Source: Eledone cirrhosa | Lineage: Eukaryota | Direction of reading: 5' to 3' | Length of the DNA: 64,000 nt | Assembly: GCA_964016885.1 (NCBI GenBank) | Contig: OZ024743.1 | Location: forward strand, 178,188,001 to 178,252,000 | Shown: positions 39,093-51,355 of the stretch, in pieces | Numbering within the stretch: the stretch's first letter is position 1 | Layout: each line of letters starts with the position of its first letter | Program-made: the position numbers and the translations under genes | Notes under the pieces: model-generated | Seen by the model: the letters and a program-made list of their open reading frames with translations, nothing else | Database searches by the model: none | What the model was told of the DNA's origin: nothing

Positions 39093-40236
39093 GTGTAATG
39101 ACATGTTTGTGTAGTACCCACCCCTTAACACAGTGTAATGGTATGTTTGTGTAGTACCCACCCCTTAATACAGTGTAATGGTATGTTTGTGTAGTACCCA
39201 CCCCTTAACACAGTGTAATGGTATGTTTGTGTAGTACCCACCCCTTAACACAGTGTAATGGTATGTTTGTGTAGTACCCACCCCTTAACACAGTGTAATG
39301 GTATGTTTGTGTAGTACCCACCCCTTAATACAGTGAAATGGTATGTTTGTGTAGTACCCACCCCTTAACAGTGTAATGGTGTGTTTGTGTAGTACCCACC
39401 CCTTAACACAGTGTAATGATATGCTTGTGTAGTGCCCACCCCTTAACAGTGTAATGGTATGTTTGTGTAGTACCCACCCCTTAACACAGCATAATGGTAT
39501 GTTTGCGTAGTGCCCACCCCTTAACAGTGAAATGGTATGTTTGTGTAATACCCACCCCTTAACACAGTGTAATGGTATGTTTGTGTAGTACCCACCCCTT
39601 AACACAGTGTAATGGTATGTTTGTGTAGTACCCACCCCTTAACACAGTGTAATGGTATGTTTGTGTAGTACCCACCCCTTAACACAGTGTAATGGTATGT
39701 TTGTGTAGTACCCACCCCTTAACAGTGTAATGGTATGTTTGTGTAGTACCCACCCCTTAACACAGTGTAATGGTATGTTTGTGTAGTACCCACCCCTTAA
39801 CACAGTGAAATGGTATGTTTGTGTAGTACCCACCCCTTAACAGTGTAATGGTATGTTTGTGTAGTACCCACCCCTTAACACAGTGTAATGATATGTTTGT
39901 GTAGTACCCACCCCTTAACACAGTGAAATGGTATGTTTGTGTAGTACCCACCCCTTAACACAGTGAAATGGTATGTTTGTGTAGTACCCACCCCTTAACA
40001 GTGTAATGGTATGCTTGTGTAGTACCCACCCCTTAATACAGTGTAATGGTATGTTTGTGTAGTACCCACCCCTTAATAGAGTGTAATGGTGTGTTTTTGT
40101 AGTACCCACCCCTTAACACAGTGTAATGGTATGTTTATGTAGTACCCACCCCTTAATACAGCGTAATGGTGTGTTTGTGTAGTACCCACCCCTTAACACA
40201 GTGTAATGGTATGGTTGTGTAGTACCTACCCCTTAA
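39093..40236. repeat. 40-bp minisatellite GTGTAATGGTATGTTTGTGTAGTACCCACCCCTTAACACA, ~29 units including 38-bp variants
   Basis: Direct periodicity. Confidence 0.97.
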
Positions 40237-40818
40237 ACACTCAACTATTCCATTACAAAATGCTGATAAATATGTATTGCCCCCGCTTATTAATTTTTCA
40301 GAATCCCCCCCCCCCTCCCCCACACACACACTTATTAAATTTTGCTAATCTGTCTCCAGTAGAATTTTATTGTAGGTGATTCATATTGATACAGCAGCAG
40401 GAGGTTCTAATAATTTCATTTTACATTAAAAAATCATTATTATACATGACAAAAGAAAAGGAATTTAAGCAAAAGTCCACCCACACCCTACTTATTCCAC
40501 CCCTGCCCTATTATTTGCGACTCGAAAGTAACTGATATCATATAAACCCCTAACATCCTTGCTGGTTGCATCGTTTTCTACCAACGTATAGCCTCCTTCA
40601 TTGGCTTGGTATAATCATGACATCACTCAATATGCTAGAAATAGTAGCCAAATGTCATTGTAGGCCTTAGTACCTAAAAAATTATGGGATGGTCATGACT
40701 GGAACACTTTTGATCATATATCAGGGATGAATTAGAATCAATATGTCCTATCACTAAAAAAAAAAATAAAAAAAAAAAAAATAAAAAAAAAAAAAACAGC
40801 TTAACCTGAAAATCTTAC

Positions 40819-41021
40819 CGTTTTATATGGAGAAGAAGTGGGAACACCACAACTACCAGATTGTTGGTAAGATGAGGTATTATTGACTACAAATGGTCTT
40901 TGTACGGTTTCTGGTCCCACATTCCTGTGAATAATAGTAACATTCCTATATCTTCTTTTCCAGCAGAAATAGGAACAAGAAGATATTGCAATAAATAACA
41001 TAACCCATATAAACCAAAACC
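40819..41021 (-). CDS. Coding exon 4 of WBP1/VOPP1/Shisa-like gene: TM helix and cytoplasmic tail
   Basis: tttacag|GG TTT TGG ... CCA TAT AAA ACG|gtaaga. Encodes (W)FWFIWVMLFIAISSCSYFCWKRRYR...SSPYKT. Phase 1 entry joins exon 3. Confidence 0.9.
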
Positions 41022-41350
41022 CTGTAAATATATAAGAATATATTATAATAGCAAATACAATATTCTGGAGTATTAATCTACTTCAATTTAAAATGAGAGA
41101 TTACTGTATATATTCAAATATACAGAAATATATTAAAAAAATGTAGTTTGCTTGAAGCATTGTATATAATATATAATGTGGAAAGTGATATTTGTAATAA
41201 GGCTAAACAATGCAAAATGGACAGTAAGATGAAGGCAAACATCAAACAATGCTTGAAAGCAGTTTATAGGTTTTTGAATTTAAATCTAATTTCAAAGAGA
41301 AGAGAACAGTACATTTTTATTTATTTATTTATTTGAGAGTTCTTTATACT

Positions 41351-41377
41351 CTGATGAGGGAACTTTAAGTCCCGAAA
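41351..41377 (+). ncRNA. Isolated hammerhead-like core, probably decayed
   Basis: CTGATGA-GGGA-actttaag-TCCC-GAAA. Stems I and III are not convincing. Confidence 0.3.
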
Positions 41378-42319
41378 TATTAGGACAAAAAAAAAAACAA
41401 CAAAAAAATCCCAAAGATTACCAAGTAATTAACTTTTCATTGGCTTCATCTTACCGTCCATTTTGCAATGTTTACATGAGGAAACATAGCAATAATCACT
41501 GAAGATGTCACAAAAATGTGCGATGAAAGAACTTTGAGAAATGATATTTATATTTTTAATTGTTGGTCAATCAAAGATAAACACTGATTGCCAGCTAAAT
41601 TATTTATAAAAATATAAAAATATACTGAAGTTTTAAACAAACCAAACAGTGTGTTTTACTATTTTTGGCAATATTAGGACAACATGATCCTCTCCAAATA
41701 TAACAATGTCTGTTTCAACTCACAATTTCATATCAAAAACCTTGCAAAACAAATACATCAGAGTCAGAATTATTACATTTGTAAGAAAAATGTAGAGACA
41801 TGTGAATGTACTGAAGTAGTTAATAATACCATAAATTTAACAGAATATTATCTAACTATATATGATGCAATACTGAGCAGGATATAAAATTACAATCAGA
41901 TAGCCAGGTGCAAATTCAAATACAGGTAAAATACATTGTAAACATTAACTGGTTGAGTGTAGTTCATTGTTTTATCTCCTTATACTTTACTCTGTTAAAA
42001 GAAATACTATGTATTTTGACCTTTAGCTTCCTTGGTTCAATAAAAACACAACCTCATTATCTAACTAATACTGATTAAACAAAACCAAATGAAATCAAAT
42101 CAAACAAGACAGGAAAGGACGGTGACACAGTACTTCATATCATTATCTTTAGACACAATGGTTCCACAGGAATGTGGCTTTTGTGATTCATTATTATCTG
42201 AATGTCAGAGAAATTACTAAATGACCTGAACAGTTGCCTGAGATAATCAAAGATAATTAAACAGAATAAGAACAAAAACAATTTTGTAATAGAGATAAAT
42301 GAATGATAATAATATATAG

Positions 42320-42738
42320 GGATTGGCAATAGGATTGGTAGAGCATCAGACAATGTGCTTTGTCTCATATAGTTACGTCCCTTTACAATCTGATTTTAAA
42401 TTCCGCCGAGGTTAGCTTCACCTTTCATTTTTACGCGAGTCAATAAAATAAAGTAGCAGTAATACACTGGCGTTGATTTAATCAACTTTCCCCTCCCCCA
42501 AAATTGTTGGTCTTGAGCCTAAATCGGAAATCATTACTATTCGTGGATCAGCAGTATCAGTAGAGTGTTGGGCCACATGCTTTGTGTTATATAGTTATGG
42601 CTTTTTATGTTCTGAATTCAAATCTCAAAGAGGTTAGTTTTGCCTTTCATCCTTACAGAGTCTATAAAATAAAGCACTAATAACACACTGGAGTTGATTT
42701 AATCAACTTTCTCATTGTGCCAAAAATAGAAACAATAA
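42320..42738 (+). mobile_element. Two older tandem copies of the tRNA-type SINE
   Basis: Two occurrences of GGTAGAG...ATAGTTA...AAAT...GAGGTTAG.TT..CCTTTCAT...AAAATAAAG...GAAA. Confidence 0.75.
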
Positions 42739-43754
42739 GCAGCCCATCTGAGGAAGGATCCCTGCGAGGTGGAGCGGCTGTTGCAACAGGTGTTACTGAC
42801 CATTGTTCGCAGAAATGCCTTTGCTATTTTGTCCGTGAGGAGCACCGAAACACAGCTCTGACCTAGGTGTAGAGTTTGTCATCCTCTCCCCTTCCTCCTT
42901 TCTTTATTCCTTTGTCTAATAGTCCTTGATCTTTCCCTCCTTTTCCTCTCATTTATGGCATTTATAGTGCTTTCCAATACTGCTTTCTTTTTCTGTATAT
43001 TTAACCAAATAATAAATTTTTATTTTAAAAAATTATTTGTTTATGTATCTATTAGAGAATTTTATTTTTCAAAGAAGTAAAAAGTTTTAACTTCTTTGTC
43101 AGAATAGTTTAGGATACCAAGGATCAACAACACATTTGATGGCTGGTTTTCCATGCTTGCATGGGTTGGATGGGTCTTCTCCAGAACATGATCTCACCCT
43201 CTGCTTCATTCCTTCATACTATAAAATCAACAGCTTAATATAAAACCCCGATGAAAAGGTTTTCACCTTAAGGTGTTGTCATTAAAAATAATTAATTATT
43301 ATAGATCTTTCATATTTTTCATGACATGGAAGCCCCCTCTAATATTTTAACGTATTCCTTAGCTCCCCATGTCGAATACTAGGTTTCCCTTAATATAAGA
43401 TAGGTCTTGTATTAATTTTCCCACAAAAAGAGGGCACTAGAGCTTATTTTCAGGGTAGGGCTTATATGTTTACACAAAAAATAACACAAGAATTTTGGTA
43501 AATACTGATGTCAAATTATATTATAGAGTTAAAAACTATAATTAAAAGAATTTATTAGTAATCAGCAACACTCTGGAAATGTGTGTTTTATATTAATTTT
43601 TATGTTAATTTTTGTTGCAAAAAAGGGCAATATAAAAATCATTGGAGTTTTATAATAGAGGAAATACAACAGATTGTTGCCACACAAATATTACACCACC
43701 ACCACTGTTTTCCTTTTCACACCTACGTATATTGCTACATTTTATAGATATATT

Positions 43755-44637
43755 ATCATCATCATCACCGCTTTACGTCCATTCTTCCATGCTTCCATGG
43801 GTTAGACGAGTTGTCTTGTGGGCAGTGCCAGGTCGGGTGACCTTGTCCTGCTCATCTGGGAACTGATTTGGCTTGATTTCTACAGTTGGATGCCCTTCCT
43901 AACACCAACCTCATTTACAGTGAGTGCTAGGTGCTTTTTTCCCATGACACCTACACGATGACTTTACAGTGTAGACTGCGTGATTTTTTTGTCATGACAC
44001 CTCCATGACCACTTTGCAGTGGGAGGGGTTGGGAGCATATTGTCTATATGCTTCAGCATCAGCTTGTTAGGGTGGAAAGTCGGGTCTTCTGTGTGATGCC
44101 AGATGTCACGGTCGTGTGTCATCGCCTTTGAGAGGTGCAATTGGGCAAGGTCAACTTTTATCACCTCATCCCAGGTCTTCTTAGGTCTCCCCACTCCATG
44201 GCTTCCATTGACTTTTAGTGCTCTGCACCTTTTTATACAGTTGTCATCTTTCATACACATCATATGTCCATACCAATGCAACCTCCTCTCCTGCACACAG
44301 CATTTGATTCCTCTAATGCTCAGTCTCTCCCTCAATTCGTTTATGCTTTGCCGTTCTCGTACATTACTATTACACATCCATCGGAGCATGCAAGCTTCGT
44401 TTCTTTCTAATCTGTGCAAGTCTTCTACACACAGTGCCCAGGTCTCACTACCGTGTAACTTTGCTGTTCGTATGCACGCATCATACAATCTGCCTTTCAT
44501 TTTGAGGAAAAAGCCTTTTGCAGCTAGCAGTGGCAGTAGCTCCCTGAACTTCTTCCATCCCGTTCTTGCCCTGGTTACTGTACTTTCAGAATACCTACCT
44601 CCACTGCTAATTCAGTCACCTACGTAGCAAAAGCTGT
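43755..44637 (-). mobile_element. RTE LINE 3' fragment, second subfamily
   Basis: ORF 43964..44500 (KGRLYDAC...RLHWYGH...GRPKKTW) and (CAT)n tail. Confidence 0.9.
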
Positions 44638-45224
44638 ATATAATATATATATATATATACACACACACACATATATATATATACATATACACATATACAC
44701 CACATATATATACACACATACATATATACACACGCACACAAACAAAATACTATTAAAGGGAACAAAGTAAGAAAAAATCGGAAAAGAAAAGAAAAAATAA
44801 TTAAACAACAAAAGAAAGAGAGAGAGGGAGGGACAAACCTTACACCCCAGTCTGAGCAGCATTCTAGCTGCACCCTGAGGACAAAATGGCAAAGGAATCA
44901 CTGTGGAGAATGGCCAAAGACACCTGCTAAACAGCCAACCCACTGCACAATGTCCCAAATTGATAGAATTCTATCTGTATATTACTGGAACTTTGTTTCT
45001 CCAACAAAAAAGGAATGAAAAGCAGTGAAACTCACCCATTTACTTTTTACCATATCACTTCTCTAACAGACATCCTAGACTACATCTAAAGGAAGGCTGT
45101 ACAAACACACACCAGCTTCTGGACCACGCACATGACTTGACTTTTAACCCTTTAGCATTTACATTACTCTCTATTTACTATATTTACAGCAGGTGTCTTT
45201 GGTCATTCCCCACAGAAGTACTAA

Positions 45225-45700
45225 CATCAAAACGAGTTTCCTATCATTTGAAGACTAAGATCTTCGATACTGACATCTTACCAGTTGTGTTATATGGTTT
45301 TGACTGTGTTAATTGGACGACAAGGTCACTTCAGAAGCTCTCGACATTCCATAACCACATCATGAGACTTATGACTGATAAGCGGCTCAGCAACCGTATC
45401 TGTATCAGTGAGCAGCTCAACATTACCAAACTTAGACCAATTACATCAATTGTCAAGTCAAGAGTACTCAAACTATACAGTCATATAAAAAGATTAACTC
45501 GTGGTGTGAGTAGGTTATGCCTGGAAGGAAGGTTGGCTGGTAAAAGAAGGAGAGGCCGGCAGCCAAAACGATGGCTTGATAATGTCAACTTATGGACTGG
45601 ACTTGATCTTTGCTCTAAACTCTGCTGTTGGTGATCGAACTTTGTGGAGAAAATTATCTCATGTTGATGCGCAGTCTGCAACTGACAGAGATAGAATAAG
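45225..45700 (+). mobile_element. Diverged LINE 3' fragment (RTE-like, a different family)
   Basis: ILPVVLYG.DC.W...LYSHI.R...LEGRLAGKRRRGRQPKRW in ORF 45137..45634. Confidence 0.75.
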
Positions 45701-45994
45701 GTAAGTTGAAAATTTGTCAATTTCCTTCTTTCGATGTTTATTTATATAGATAAATATATGTACTATTGTCTGTTTGTTTTTATATAACTGTTAATATATA
45801 TATATATGTGTTGTGTACATACGGAAAATTGGTCATATATAGAGTAGGCGTGTTTAAAATAACAAAGGCTAGGAAATTGCCATTTTCATCCCACCCACCC
45901 GTCCTATGCATGCTTGACGCTGTACGTTAAATACTCGTTCACATAGCACATTAAACCAAGTTCCGCTCATCACGGACACGGGGGGGACAGAGGT

Positions 45995-47125
45995 TCTGTA
46001 AGCCAAAGCGTAGGCAACCCGTCTAGGAGAGCTACCACTCAGAATAAATTGGTGCGGGGTAGAGAAGTCGTGTAAGTCCAGTAAGACAACTTCCCTAGTG
46101 CTGGTGGAACAAATAAAAGCACCCAGTCCATGCTGTAAAATGGAGGGGTGAGTAGGGCCCCTGAGTCCAGTAAGATGACCTCTCTAGTGCTGGTGGCACG
46201 AATAAAAGCACCCAGACCATGCTGTAAAATGGAGGCGTGAATAGCTCCCCCCCCACACACACACACACACACACACACAGTCCAGTAAGATGAATACTTG
46301 GAAAAATGGTGAGAGTAGGGAAGGATACACAGCTGCTAGGAGAGAAGCTAGACATCAGGTGTACTTAGCACGCAGGGAGGCTGAGAGTAGGAGGTTTACC
46401 AATGTTCTGCAATGGGAAGATCAGAGTTGTCCGGTGTTCCGCATTGCAAAGCAGTGTATCAGTGCAAATCAGGATGTTGTTGGAGATAAGTGTGTCCAGA
46501 ATGATGTCGGTGTACTTAGTGTCAAAATGATCAAAAAAGGAGGCCTGGAAATATCATTATGAGAGACTGATGAATGTGGAGAACAAATGGGAGAGAGTAA
46601 AATTACCCTCAGTAGATCCGACAGAGGGACCAGCTGTTGAGATTGACAAATATAGAGTCCAAGAGGCGATTAAGGAAAGGAAAAATGGTAAGGCTGCTGG
46701 ACCATTGGGGATAGTTGCTGAGATGCTGAAGGCATCAGGGGACGTAGGAACTAAAAGCACCCGGTCCACTCAGTAAGATGGTCGTGCTGGTGACAAGACA
46801 AACATACCCAGTTCACACTGCAAAGTGGTCAAGTTGGTGTCACAACCAAAAGAACACAGGCCACACTGTAAAGTGGCTGTGTTGGTGTCACAATAAAAAG
46901 CAACCAACTCACTGTAAAATGGTTATTTTGGTGGTATGATAAAAGTACTTAATCCACACTGTAAATGTGGTTGGCATTAGGAAGGGCATCCAGCCACAGA
47001 AACCAAGCCAGAAACAGTTCTGTATGAGCAAAACAGTCATTTGATCTGACTTATTTCACAATGAGACAACTCATCTAACCCATGCTAGCATGGAAAAATA
47101 GTCATTAAACAGTAATGATGCTGAT
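45995..47125 (+). mobile_element. Mosaic of decayed RTE fragments and RTE-type 3' UTR
   Basis: ARREAR.QVY.ARRE, VFRIAKQ, KNGKAAGP.GIVAEMLKASG. 3' UTR block TGTGGTTGGCATTAGGAAGGGCATCC...AACCCATGC.AGCATGG. Confidence 0.75.
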
Positions 47126-47326
47126 AATGTGGTAGCCATTTTATGTCCAACACCCCTTCCTAGAATGCTGGCCTTATGGAATTCCTTGTTTGTATGTTAT
47201 TCCTGTAGCCATCCATTGTCGATCTCACACTATATGAGAGGTCTGAAGGCCATGAGCACAAATCCTTCCTTCAGACCAAACCAATAAAATAAATGTTATT
47301 GAAATAAATAAATATATTTTACTTAC

Positions 47327-47395
47327 ACCACAGGTGATACACTGGAGTGAAGAAACAACACTGATCAAAAGATGCACCACAACAGTATGCATAAC
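47327..47395 (-). CDS. Coding exon 3 of WBP1/VOPP1/Shisa-like gene
   Basis: ttttcag|GT TAT GCA TAC TGT TGT GGT...CAC CTG TGG T|gtaagt. 69 bp, phase 1-1. Encodes (G)YAYCCGASFDQCCFFTPVYHLW(W). Confidence 0.9.
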
Positions 47396-47832
47396 CTGAA
47401 AATATATAGAAAATGTCAACATTAGAAAAACATTTGGATAGGAATTTTAATTTAACACCCTGTAATGATTTAGCAGCAAATCTAAAAACAGATTTGTTAA
47501 TTCAAATGTTTATAGCATCTTTACTAGCAGACAGAACATTGAGAAAATTTGCAGTAAACTAATGTAGAGACTGATTTTTAATGTGAAACAATCATAGTGA
47601 TGTTCTGTATATTTTAAGAATGTTTTGCTAAAGTTGTTTCATGTGTTACAGGGTGTTATAAATTAATATATACAAGCAGTTATTAGATATCAAGTTTTGA
47701 AAGAAGAGATAGCTTGCTCAGAAATTGAGACAACTCAACATAAATGATTCTATCAGCAACAGAAAAATAACACAAGTCGATGAAAACAGGACTTTTAACC
47801 ATTTAGCATTTACATTATATATATATATATAT

Positions 47833-48388
47833 AAAGTGCAGGGCAATAAAGATAGACGGTAGCCACGGAATAGGCAGACCTAGAAAAACCTGGGACGAGC
47901 TGATAAACTCCGACCTCACACACTTACACCTCTCCAAGACAATGTCACTGGACCGAGACCTTTGGCGGTACTCAGTAACAGAGAAGACCCGCCTTACCTA
48001 AATATATAGTAAAACCTACTCCAGCCAGTAGGCATCTCTAACAAAATACACCCCGTCCCACCACCACCACCCCCACCACACCACCCCGTTCTATGTAAAG
48101 TTATGTTGGTGCCGCGCCATCCAGGCCGAAACAAATGAGATCGTGTAGGTGTCACGACAAAAAAACACACAGTCCACGCTGTAATGTGGCCGTGTAGGCA
48201 ACACGGTAAAAACCTCCCAGACCCACACTGTAAATGTGGTTGGTGTTAGGAAGGGCATCCAACTGTAGAAAACCTGCCAGACAGTCCTATGCGAGCAAGA
48301 CAATCACTCTTGCCTCAAGTGGGACTACCCCCGTCCAAACCCATGCAAGCGTGGAACACGGACGTTAAATGATGATGATGATGATGAT
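47833..48388 (+). mobile_element. Short young RTE 3' fragment within (TA)n
   Basis: Nearly identical to 16114-16651. (GAT)n tail. Confidence 0.92.
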
Positions 48389-48395
48389 ATATATA

Positions 48396-48434
<39 letters not shown>

Positions 48435-48444
48435 GTATATATAT

Positions 48445-49557
48445 ACTGATGCCCTCTTCCTTGTGAGGCAATTACAGGAAAAGTACCTAGCTAAAAGTAA
48501 GCCACTCTACTTGGCATTTGTCGACCTTGAGAAAGCCTTTGACAGAGTTCCACGTGCTGTAATCTGGTGGGCTCTTAGAAAACTAGGAGTAGATGAATGG
48601 GTTGTGAAAGCGGTACAAGCCATGTATAGGGGAGCAGTCAGCAAAGTTAGGATTAGCAATGAGTATAGCGAGGAATTTAGCGTACAGGTTGGGGTCCACC
48701 AGGGCTCTGTTCTTAGCCCCCTCCTGTTCATCATAGTCCTGCATGCAATAACGGAGGAGTTTAAGACCGGATGCACATGGGAACTCCTGTATGCTGATGA
48801 CCTCGTACTCATAGCTGAATCTATGGTAGAACTAGAGAATAAATTCCAAACTTGGAAGCAGGGACTAGAAAGAAAGGGTCTCAAAGTCAACATGACAAAG
48901 ACTAAGGTCCTTGTAAGTAGACGAGAAAACAGAACCCAGATCGCCTCAGGGAAATGGCCTTGCTCAGTATGTAGGAAAGGTGTAGGTAGGAACTCCATTC
49001 TCTGCCCCAAATGCAAACAATGGGTACACAAGAGATGTAGCGGGATCTCAGGAAGCTTAATTAAGAATATAGGCTTCACATGCAGCAGCTGTGCTGAGAC
49101 AGCAAGCAGCAAACAGCCACAGGAAACAAGTACCACCAATCTCTGAGAGGGCTCTGTAGAAACAGTAGACTTACGTAGATTAGAGAGAAACGAAGCTTGC
49201 ATGCTCCGATGGATGTGTAACAGTAATATACGTGAACGACAAAGCATAAATGAATTGAGAGAGAGACTGAGCATAAGAGGAATCAAATGCTGTGTGCAGG
49301 AGAGGCGGTTGCGCTGGTATGGACATGTGATGCGTATGAAGGATGACAGCTGCATAAAAAGGTGCAGAGCACTAGAAGTTGATGGAAACCGCGGAGTGGG
49401 GAGACCCAAGATGACCTGAGGTGATAAAAGCCGACCTTACCCAATTACACCTCTCAAAGGCAATGACACACGACCGTGACCTCTGGCGCACGCAGTAATA
49501 CAGAGTACCCGACCTCCCATGGGTACAAGCTGAAGCATATAGACAATATGCCCCAAC
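48445..49557 (+). mobile_element. RTE LINE fragment (YADD, PHD-like finger) with an internal deletion and stops
   Basis: ORFs 48433..49146 and 49201..49419. Confidence 0.92.
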
Positions 49558-49559
49558 AC

Positions 49560-49593
<34 letters not shown>

Positions 49594-50523
49594 AAATAAA
49601 TGTTGACATCATATGTCTTCTTTGTTTTTTCTTCCATCTTTTTACGCTCTTTTCTACACTTAAATATATATAACTTCTTACTCTATTTACTTGTGCATTA
49701 AATTAATATTTAAATATATAATTCCTTTATATAATCTATAATTCTTTTATATTAACCTATAATTTTTAAGAGTAAACTTTTAATTTTTGGCATAGTTTGA
49801 CTACTCTTATTTAGTTTCTTCTACACACATATATATATATTTTCACATAAATATCTCTTCACACATTTTTCTCACATTTTTTCAATTACATTCTACTTAA
49901 ACAAACTATGACATTGTATTCTACGCTTATAAATCATTTAATTTTACTTTACTTTACTTTATTTTATCTTATCTTAATAATACATTTTCACACCTCTTAA
50001 CAAAATTTCTTTAGTATATAAACCCTTAATAAATAATATACCTAGTTTCTATATCTGTAATCATAAACCTCATCAATTTATTAAGTTATTAATTTTGTAG
50101 CAGTATAATTTTTTAAGCCGTTAGTTAGTCAGCTGTTTTTCAATTTTGACAGCGTTTCCCGTTTAAAATGCTCTCTCCGTTCTCTTTCCTCCTTAAATTT
50201 TTCCTCCGTTATCTTCTTTTTCCTTTTCCCTCCTTTTTCCAATCTTCTCTCTCCTTTTATATTTTTTTATCATATGTTGTCTGGTCAATTTCTTGTTCAC
50301 AAGTGCTTTTCGGCATCATATCATGTTACCTTATTTGATGAGAACGCAACTATCGTCCCAGGGTGATATTTGGTTTTGAAATGCGCATAATAAAATATAT
50401 GGAACTTTTTTAACCATCTTTTAATTTCTTCTTATATATACTCCAGTTCAATAAACTGTGGAGTGCTACTTACCCGATATTTGCATAGTTTTACTGTTTT
50501 ACAATAAAACTCACCTCCTACAT

Positions 50524-50554
<31 letters not shown>

Positions 50555-51178
50555 TATTTGGCAATATACGGTATGCTTAATTAAAAACATTTTGAAGACC
50601 TTGCACTATTATTTTAAAGTAGTGACTATGTCACTTCTTTTTTCAACAAACAAAGGGAGATAAGCTGACAGATCTGTTTCATACTGTTGGTAATCATCAG
50701 AGCTTAGCACTCGGCTTTGCCTGTTGAAAATTATAGATGTTGGATTCTTATAGAAATTCAGTAATAATCAGGTACTGATTATACAGAGCAATTGACGATC
50801 CAGCAAAAATTGAAAATTAGAATTGGTGCTCTGAAATAGCGATGTATACATGAATGTATATATAGTATATTTGGCAACATACTGTATGCTTAATTTAAAA
50901 AAATTAAAATTGACAGCACCCCCACCCTCCAATTTTACATATGAAAGTTAGCTTGGTGCAAGTAATCAGAATTGAAAAGTTATAGATACAAGTATAAAGT
51001 TCAAAAATTCTAACCATCCCAAAACTAAAAAGCCCAGCTGAGGGCACAAATGAATTGCTACAGCCATCACTAGTGGGGCCCTCCAATGCAGGAGGCTAGG
51101 AGCAATTCCCCACTTTGCCCCTCATTAAATCTGGCCTTGCACACACACACAAACAAAAAATATAATATAACAACCTAC

Positions 51179-51212
51179 CATAACATGTAAATATACCACA
51201 TTCAATGGAAGC
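51179..51212 (-). CDS. Coding exon 2 (34-bp micro-exon) of WBP1/VOPP1/Shisa-like gene
   Basis: ttcttcttccctacag|GCT TCC ATT GAA TGT GGT ATA TTT ACA TGT TAT G|gtaggt. Encodes ASIECGIFTCY(G). Phase 0-1. Confidence 0.88.
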
Positions 51213-51355
51213 CTGTAGGGAAGAAGAAAATGATATAATGTGAGAGGAATATCAAAAATCATATAAGCAGATATATATGTTGGTAAAAAGTGGAAGTTAC
51301 TGGGTGATAGGAATGTTAGGAATATAATTAGAATATGTTGATAAAGGATGAAATC

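Noticed and set aside
39285-40109. Repeat ORFs (LRGGYYTNIPLHC...) and telomere-like TTAAGGGG
   Set aside because: They come from the 40-bp minisatellite. The unit is not a multiple of 3 and there is no (TTAGGG)n tract.
47225-47422. 65-aa hydrophobic ORF as a standalone gene
   Set aside because: It overlaps exon 3 in the wrong frame. The spliced frame gives the coherent CC...CC...LWWFW pattern.
48507-49409. Antisense ORFs over LINE copies (also 692-1819, 15277-16218, 62744-63810)
   Set aside because: Shadow frames of RT coding sequence with no independent motifs.
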